A DNA stretch of 64,000 nucleotides. Source: Heptranchias perlo. Its lineage: Eukaryota. The notes under the pieces are model-generated. The model was given only the letters and a program-made list of their open reading frames with translations. It had not been told where the DNA came from and did not search any database. Position 1 is the stretch's first letter. Each line of letters opens with the position of its first letter. The translations under genes and the position numbers were made by a program. Location of the stretch: contig NC_090370.1 of assembly GCF_035084215.1 (NCBI RefSeq), forward strand, positions 6,820,001-6,884,000, written 5' to 3'. Below are positions 55,750-64,000 of the stretch, in pieces.

Positions 55750-56380
55750 GAAGTGGAAATCTGGAACTCTCTGTCCCAAAAGCTATTGAGGCTGGGGGTC
55801 AATTGATAATTTCAAAACTGAGATTGATAGATTTTTGTTAGGCGAGGGTATTAAGGGTTATGGAACGAAGACGGGTAGATGTAGGACCTTGGTCGATTTA
55901 ATTTAGAGCAGCGTCAATATAGGGGTGACCTGATAGAGGTGTATAAAATCATTAAAGGCTGGATAGCGTCCCTATTAATAGATTATTCCAATTAAACAGA
56001 TTGGGGAGGACCAGGGGACAGGAATTTAAACTATATAAGAGTGGGAATAGACTGATAGATTGGATGTTAGGCGGTTCTTCTTTTCCCAGAGAGTAGTGAG
56101 TCTCTGGAACACATTGCTGGCTGGTGTGGTGTGTGCTGACTCTCTGCTTTCAATGGGAAGCTGGACAGGTTCTTGACTGGAGCAGAGGTCGAATCGTATG
56201 GAAGGTAAGTGGCTTTATAGATAACACTTGGTCCATGTGATTTCCTGGACTGGTTTCAATTGCCTAAGGGTTACAGAACCAAGGCAGGTAGATGGAGTTA
56301 AAATACAGATCAGCCATGACCTAATTGAATGGCGGAACGAGCTGGAGGGGCTGAAGGGCCCGCTCCTGTTCCTATGTTTG
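55750..56380 (+). mobile_element. CR1 3' fragments (nested)
   Basis: Matches 19670-19870 and 26925-27290. Other CR1 tails at ~34695-34840 (-), ~44110-44420 (-), ~62445-62608 (-) and ~63345-63655 (+). Confidence 0.75.
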
Positions 56381-57564
56381 TTGCTATGTTCCAAATACCC
56401 ATTCTTCATATGTGAGACTAGGTAAGGAGTATCAGCAAGCTTTTTAACCATGGAGGGCATCACAGCCTGATTCCATTCTCGCATATCATCTATGCACACA
56501 CTTTTCTGCAAGGGTCATTTGCTAGCACAAAGCCATGATCTAATTGAATGGCGGAATGGGCTCGAGGGACTGAATGGCCTATTCCTGTTCCTATGTTCCT
56601 ATTATTCATCAATCCATACCTCAGTATGGTACGTCTTCAGAACAGCAGAAAGAGAAAGAATTGGTGGGAGAAAGCTGAGTATAGACGAGTGGTGTGAGAG
56701 TGTGGTGTCTGTCAGGCAAAACATTTCTGTATGGCAAAGGCACTGATGTTAAAATGGTTGAATTGGGTGTTAAATGTTCGGCCATTCTCTACTTGGATGG
56801 ATCCCAATCTCAGCCAGGCCCGTGGAGGAGTTGTCAAGTAGACTCTTGGCATTTCCCTATAGGAGGGGAGGGAAAATCAGCAAGGAGTTCATGTGAGTCA
56901 TTCTTACCCACTTCCCAACAGCTGTGTGCCATGTGCCATTGGGAATGATTGGGATGGAAAAGCGATTCAAGGATTTATTTTAAAACGGGGTGAATAAGTG
57001 TTCTTAAAAATAAATCAGGAAGTACTGATTATATGACACCAAATTTGGGTTTTAAATGCCCATAGATTGTAGGAGGAAAAGGTTGTGGGTGGAGAAGAGT
57101 TCCACCATTTTGAGGTTAGGGAAGGACTGAATTAAAGTCGGTGATGGTGCGGTTGTGTTTATCGTGATGTTGATGTTTTGTCCATGGGCAATCACAGCAG
57201 GTCAACCATAAAGTAAATAAATATTGCAATCTGGTTAATATTAAACAGAAAGGGATTGTGTTTTATAGCCCTTACATCATTCCCTGGAACAGCCCTTGTC
57301 TTGTTTCCAGCAACAAAATGTCTGTTTTAATGCGTGCAGTGTGGGAGTGAGTGAGAGCTGGCCTCCCCCTAGTGGACTTATACAGGCATGTAGCTGATTA
57401 ATTTAACTTCACAATACAATGATACCTTTATTATTTATATATGTAGGAAAATTCTCCTATGTTCTCCCCATCTCACTGTTATGGGCTATCTTGTTTTGGA
57501 AAAAGAATGCAAAAAGTGAACATTATCTTTTAGTCCTATGACATGTAGCCCAAGGGTGCCAACT

Positions 57565-57960
57565 TTGGCTCAGTAGTAACATGCTTGACTCTGAGTCAGA
57601 AGGTTGTGGGTTAAAGTCCCACTCCAGAGACTTGAGCACATAACCTAAGTTGGTATTTCAGTGCAGTACTGAGAGGGTGCTGTCTTTGGGTGGACATAAA
57701 AAATGGTATTATTCAAAGAAGAACAGGGGAGTTCTCCCTGGTGACTTGACCAATATTTATCCCTCAACCAACCTCACAAAAACAGATTATCTGGTCATTT
57801 ATCTCATTGCCCTTTGTGGGAGCTTGCTATGTGCATAATGGCTGCCACATTTCCTCCATTACAAAAGTAACTGCACTTCAAAAGTACATAATTGGCTGTA
57901 AAGTGTTTTGGGACGTCCTGAGGTCATGAAAGGTGCGATATAAATGCAAGTTCTTTCTTT
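57565..57960 (+). mobile_element. Deu-domain SINE (internally deleted)
   Basis: Same head, core and tail. Further fragments at ~330-430, ~25495-25580 and ~42945-43070. Confidence 0.75.
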
Positions 57961-58261
57961 ATAGATCTCTGCCCTTTTAAGCTGCTGCAGGCCTTTAAAT
58001 CCTGCAGCAGCACACTAGTTCCTACCTTCTCCCAAATGGGTAAGTTCTGAATCAAAGGAATTCTTGGAGCTGATGATCAATATTGTAATGAGGCTGACCC
58101 CGGAATTGATGGCAGACTCAGTCTATTTGACATCAGGCAGGAGGGAATTCCTCTCTGCCCCACTTCTGGTTGGGTTTACTCCCAGTAAAGTGTGTTAAAG
58201 TTAACTAATGAGCCTCATCTCCCTTGATGATTCAGTGCGTAATTTCATAGCATTATGTGAC

Positions 58262-59150
58262 ACTGAGTTTCATAGACCAGAAAGGTGCCAGGTTCGAGTC
58301 TTGGTCTGTACTATGTTAGCTGATCTCAGCCACAGCAGGGGAGCTACAGTTGACTTCAATATGTAATGGGTTGAGGAGGGGGGAGAAATCAGCTGGTGTA
58401 ATGACTCCTGATCACTATCTAGTGATCTAGGCTGGAGAGAGATAGAGTGAGTGTGTGTGTATGTACTTGTGATGCAGAGACATGGTCAGACTCAGCTGTG
58501 ATACTTCCCACGTTTGAATAGCCTGTAGGAGGCTCACACGTGAAGAATAGCCGCTTGGGTAAAATGGCGCCCATGGCACTGTACCCCAGCACGTCACAGC
58601 CTTCAGGAGAGCAGGGCAGAATATTGGAATAAATAATATATTGATGGCAGCTAAATTCATCGCAATTTCTATGCTACTGATGTTGCTTGAAAAAGAGAAA
58701 AGGCTTCCATTTAAAAAGCACCTGAACACATCGTTGAAATGTCTCAAAGTCCTTCACAGAATAAAGAACAACTGGTACTATGTTGAAACAAGAAGGATAG
58801 AGTTGATACAGAGCAGGAAGGTCACAAATTGGATTCTCTGGTCTGTGCTATGTTAGTCAATCCCAACTGAGATGGTGGTAGAGTGATATAATTGGCCCTG
58901 AGCTAGATAAGGAAACAAAATCACCCGAGGTTCCTGTTCCTGATCAATTATCCAGTGACTCCTACTGGAAAGTATGTGTGGATGGATGTCAAGTGAGGAC
59001 AGGGTCAGCCTCGGCTATGATGAAATAGCCTGCCTGCACTCACTGTCTAGGCTCACATGAAGAATGGTCTCTGGGGCAAGGAGGCCCTGCAGTAGTTGTG
59101 CTGTGAAACTGTAACCCAGCAAGAGTCAAGCCCCTTCAGAAGAGGAGAAA
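58262..59150 (+). mobile_element. Two neighbouring SINE-like family B copies (~58262-58615 and ~58795-59150)
   Basis: Shared family B motifs in both copies. Confidence 0.65.
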
Positions 59151-60231
59151 AATGGGGGGAGGGGAAATAGTCCATTTGACACTTGCACAAATGGCTGTGC
59201 CTAAGACTGGACTACACAGTGATCTGATAGCAATATTGCAGTTGACAGTGTACTATCAGGGAGGACCCTTTCAAATAAAGACCTTGACCATGATTTGTTT
59301 CCCCCCTAGCCTTTCCTCATTTCTCTGGTGTAGTACAATAATCCTTAAATAGCTTTACCTGATTGCTCTAACAAGGGGATGTTGAATTTCCTCTGAGTAC
59401 TACAGCTCTACAGCATGCGGTGTATTGTATGTTACTTATAGCATAACTTTAAATATAAAACGGAGTCTCACTCTACTGATAGTGAAACACCTCCATTTAA
59501 TGACATCCCTGTTACATCTGCAGCAGGACTAAAACAATTTAAATAGGATTCATCTGAATTTGTAGGTGCTGATCCATCTTAAGATGACTTAAAGCACTGA
59601 AATAAACATTTACTTCACGGAAAGTAAAAGGATTTACTTGTGGTCTGTTGTAAGCATAACACAAATACTTCAGCTGGTGGGTCAGTTCCTTTGTTCCTTG
59701 AGTTTCTTTCATTATGTTTGAAAGTTCTATTAATCACCCAGCAGATGGCACAGTTCCTTATCCATTGTGGTTTGCTGATTCACGATGGATGCTGCAAGAC
59801 TCCTCACATCGTGTCCCATCTGTTTGTCTATCACTGTAATTGAGACTGAAAACAGTCTAAACTAAAAATAAAATTCAACAATGCTAACAATCACAGAAAA
59901 ATATAGTTACGAGCACTCTGATATCAGAACCTTACATTTGTTATTTAAAACTGCCACAGAGAATCATTTATAATGGTATAAAACACAAAGACTAAGCTAA
60001 CAGACAATGCACAAACAGTCTTTGTGCAGGAGCCATCTATAGCGTCTTTTATATGCGCATCATAAAAAATTTATTCTTGTATCTAGACAAAGAGGGTGAT
60101 TAATGACATCAAATCTGATGGTGTCCTCTGTGATCTTGACAATACAGGTTACTGCAGAATGTTCTACGACAGACATCCAACCCTTTGGAACTGGGGGGCT
60201 GGATGCACGTTAAAACCAGTGAGTGGGCCAA

Positions 60232-60440
60232 CCTATACATAAAAATATGAGTTTCCCATATGCAGAAAATGTAAACATCCCCGTACACAAAATGTCAAAC
60301 CCCTACACAAAAAATGAAACCCTTATACACAGAAAGTCCAAGACTCCCATTGCTAAAAATGTGAGCCCCCATATATAAAAAATTGCGAGATTCCCCCATA
60401 TATAAAAAAGCAAGACCACCCCTCCCCCCATACACAAAAC
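60232..60440. repeat. Degenerate minisatellite, ~23-bp unit
   Basis: About nine imperfect repeats of CCC-ATAYAYA-AAAA-TG-like units. Confidence 0.55.
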
Positions 60441-61013
60441 AAATTCAATCCTTCTCCTTCTCTTTCTCCTAATCCTTCTCCTGTCCTCCTCAACCAGCCC
60501 CCCTCCCCCCCCAGTCCACTCTTCCCATCCTCCCCTCTTTCTCTCTCGGGGAAGAAGATCAAACAACCTTCTACTGGAGTGAAGGACACTCTATCGATCC
60601 TCTATAATGGGACGTGCTGTTATTAGTGCTGACATTAGATACTATCAGAGATGGCTTCAATTTTAAAAGAATCTCAGTACATATAATTGATGAGCTTAGT
60701 GCAAATGTATAATCTAGAATAAAACATTTATGTCTTTTTTTAACAGCTGCTTATAATGCCCCTTCAATATGGCTGTTAAGATGTCCAAACAGTCGCCTGA
60801 AAGATGTCTCCTTTTTGTAAGTTATTCCGCATTTTCTCTTTTCTCTCGTCTCTGGTTGTGTGAATAGGTAGGAGACCTGTCACTCTTTTCCAGGTGGTAA
60901 GGTAGTGTCTGAGGGTGGCCTGGCATGACTTGCCCAGAAAACAAGGCCACAGAAGCATTAATCACCTAAGGCTGTGTAAAAGGTTCAGTCGTGACATAAA
61001 CCTGAATCTGCAG

Positions 61014-61345
61014 GCTCTCCTGATGGCTCAACGGGTGGTATTGAGACACACGGATGAGGAAGGTGCCAGATTAGATTCCTAGCCTGTGCTGAGTTAGCTG
61101 ATCTCAGACGGATTGGCAGTGGGGGTGCTACCATTTGTCTCGGTGCCCCTCGTCTAGGGATGGGTTCTTGCCCATGATTGCTTTCAGTGACCCCTGGTAA
61201 AAGGTAGGTATGTGTGTGGATGTCGAGTGAGGGTTGGACCTGGCTGCGCTGTGATGCCCCAAATGATAGAAAATAGCCTGTCAACACTGACATATGAAGA
61301 ATAGCCATTTGACTGAGGTGCTGGACTGTTGCTGATATCTGTGGT
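61014..61345 (+). mobile_element. Old SINE-like family B (representative copy)
   Basis: Recurrent motifs GAAGGT..CAGGTTC.ATCCCTGGTCTGTGCTGAGTTAGCTGATCTCAG, CCAGTGACCCCTGCTGGAAA and ATGAAGAATGGCCACTTG shared with many copies in the window. Confidence 0.7.
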
Positions 61346-62024
61346 ATGATCTGGACCGGGGTTGGGGGGAGTAAAGAAAAAGCTTTTTTAAAAAAGTAAA
61401 GAGAACAAACATTGTTAAAATCTCATTTCACTTATGGGAGTTACACAATTCACTGAGAAAATCCTACATTACGGTCTAATTTGCAGATGTGGACGTCCAT
61501 TCAAATTTAAAGTCTGGACTTGGCCTTAAGCAAAAGTTCACTTCTGTCAGAGGTGGCTGTTCAATCCAGTAAACCTAAAATCAGCATGATGGAAATGTCA
61601 TCCTGGAGTCTTTCGGACTCCCTGCAGACCGTCTTTTGGGTTTAACTCTGTGTATCCAGGCAACGGCGAATGTCAGTGTTGCAACATCAACAGGCTGAAA
61701 TCTAGATGCATGGCCAGAATTTAGGAGAACTTCAACCCAAACAAGATGGAACTTGGACGAAAATAGGGAAGTAAGGTTGAAGTGAAGTCTGGCAGAGGGA
61801 CTCCATTTTCTCTTTGTAAAAGAAGCCCTTTGGAATGTGAAAACCTGAATTGAGGTGTTGCTGGAGTTTCACCTTGTGAAGACTTATTAAGAAGGATTTT
61901 GGAGAAAAAAATTAATGAAAATGAATGTTATGACTTGAAAATACTTTACATCTATCTGAGTTCACAGATTCTTTGCAGGGTTAGATCACAATCAGAGGGG
62001 CCAAAAGGCTCCCATTGACTTGTT

Positions 62025-62380
62025 ATGGTGCTGAGCCACACAGACCAGGCAAGTCCCAGCTTTGATCCCCGATCTACACTGAATTAGCTGATCTCAGCTG
62101 GCCGGGGTGGTAGAGGCATTACAGTTGGCCTCAGTACCCCTGGGTTAGGGAGGAGAAAAATTAGGGCCACTGCTGGAAATTGTGCATGTCCGAATATTGG
62201 GTGAAGACAAGATTGGGAGAACTGAGCTCGGCTGCAATGTCCTCCACGGTTGAATAGCCTGCCAATGTTGACTGTTTCAGGACTCACATGATGAAGAATG
62301 TCTGCTTGTACCAGGTGTCTGAGGGGGTCCCGCCGCCCATGGAACCTTACCCCAGCGTCAGCCATCTCTTTCTGGAAGGC
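62025..62380 (+). mobile_element. SINE-like family B copy
   Basis: Shared family B motifs. Confidence 0.7.
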
Positions 62381-62608
62381 AGTGAAAATTGGTTAAAAGG
62401 ACAAAGGTGATAGCTCAGCACTTTTATTAACTACTTAGAATTACATAGAATTTACAGCACAGAAACAGGCCATTTGGCCCAACTGGTCTATGCCAGTATT
62501 TATGCTCCACACAAGCCTCCTCCCACTCCTCTTCATCTAACCCTATCAACATAACCTTCTATTCCTTTCTCCCTCATGTGTTAATTTAGCTTCCCCTTAA
62601 GTGCATCT

Positions 62609-62649
<41 letters not shown>

Positions 62650-63080
62650 CTCACATTTATATAGCGCCTTTAACGTAGTAAAACGTCCCAAGGTGCTTCA
62701 CAGGAGTGTTATCAGACAACATTTGACACTGAGCCACATAAGCAGATATTAGGACAGGTGACCAAAAGCTTGGTCAAAGAGGTAGGTTTTAAGGAACATC
62801 TTAAGGGAAGAGAGAGAGGTAGAGAGGCGGAGAGGTTTAGGGAGGGAATTCCAGAGCTTAGGGCCTAGGCAGCTGAAGGCATGGCCGCCAATGGTGGAAC
62901 GATTAAAATTGTGGATGCGCTTACTGCCAGAATTGGAGGAGCGCAGAGATCTTGGAGGGTCGTAGGGCTGGAGGAGATTACAGAGATAGGGACGGGCGAG
63001 GCCATGGAGGGATTTAAAATTGAGGCGTTCCCGAACCGGGAGCCAAAGTAGGTCAGCAAGCACAGGGGTGATGGGAAAAT
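62609..63080 (-). mobile_element. L2 3' end with expanded (AAC)n tail
   Basis: LQPYDPPRSLRSSNSG...KTYLFDQAF; (AAC) microsatellite at 62609-62650. Confidence 0.85.
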
Positions 63081-64000
63081 GGCACTTGGTGCCCCCAAAT
63101 AAGCCATTTGTGGATAGTTCAGAGCACCATGACACTGCAGTATGAAGGTAATAGACCGTGCTGAGGCCTGTTATATTGCTGCAGACTGACAGTCTGCGGT
63201 GAACGATGTAACCTATTTGCACTGGCCCTCATTGATTATTCTTTCTCAGATTCCTGAGGTTCTGATGTCACATTTTGTGAAGTAAAATGTATTTAACTTA
63301 TAATAGAAAACCGGTACTCTGCTTGTAGCCCTGTTGATTGTTATCGATTGAATGCAACCCTTTGATGAAGATTTTGCCAAGGGGTAAAATCACTCCAGAA
63401 AAAGGGACATAAGATTACAACTAAGCCACTTAAAAGCCAATCCAGTAAAAAAATGTGGTGCGAATGTGGAACACAAAGCCATGGATGCAGAATCAATTGA
63501 GGTGTTTCAAAGGCTGATAGATACCTGGGAAATAACAGTATCAAAGAGTGTGGAGAAAGGGTAGAGAATTGGGAATTAAAAGATAGAACTGCCATAGCCA
63601 GCAAAATGGCAGGGCAGGCTCGATGGTTCCAATGGTCTACTCCTGTTCCTATGTCGTTTATAAAACCTTCATACAAATTTATTCTTTTTTTTTGTATTTC
63701 ACCACCCATCTGTTTATGCCTCTTTGTGTTTCAATTATGAATATATTTGCAGCAGTCAGCATTGTACAGAGCAGCTGGTGCATGCAGGATTCTGGGTTTG
63801 GACAGTAGACTTATTAATATTAGTTTAGTTGCTTTTACTTTGTGTTACAATACATCCTGTTTTGAATGAGTGACCTCCTTGCGTTGCTCTCCCATGTTTA
63901 CAATCACACTGGGGTTTATTCCTACCACTAACCTTTTCCTCTTTTTATCTTTCAGATCTACCTAAGGACACAGTGCTAATTCACCAGTTCCTTCCAACGT

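Noticed and set aside
59638-59846. Possible minus-strand exon (TTTTCAG acceptor, GTAAAT donor)
   Set aside because: Weak signals and no recognisable coding potential.
35300-64000. Absence of a third (TUBA1C-like) tubulin gene
   Set aside because: Uninformative; it could lie beyond the window.

Overview
Vertebrate genomic DNA, most likely from a cartilaginous fish (shark), inferred from the repeat landscape of Deu-domain SINEs, CR1/L2 LINEs and Penelope elements. The window holds the conserved LMBR1L - alpha-tubulin locus. On the minus strand are coding exon 1 of LMBR1L (7514-7573, behind a strikingly periodic CCAAT array) and two intact four-exon alpha-tubulin genes (CDS 20709-24505 and 30926-35024), assigned to TUBA1B and TUBA1A by position and by residue 232. 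The two tubulin CDSs differ at only about 20 of 1356 nt by my manual count, while introns and UTRs show no evident similarity. Seven of these differences cluster in one 37-bp island around S232/G232, suggesting gene conversion resisted by selection. Most of the remainder is retroelement debris: a full-length decayed Tx1-clade LINE inserted into a CR1, Penelope elements with minimal hammerhead ribozymes, an APE-RT LINE with a tRNA-derived 5' head, many L2/CR1 tails, two SINE families, and Harbinger transposase/MITE remnants. Repeat boundaries are approximate; exon boundaries were read at base resolution.
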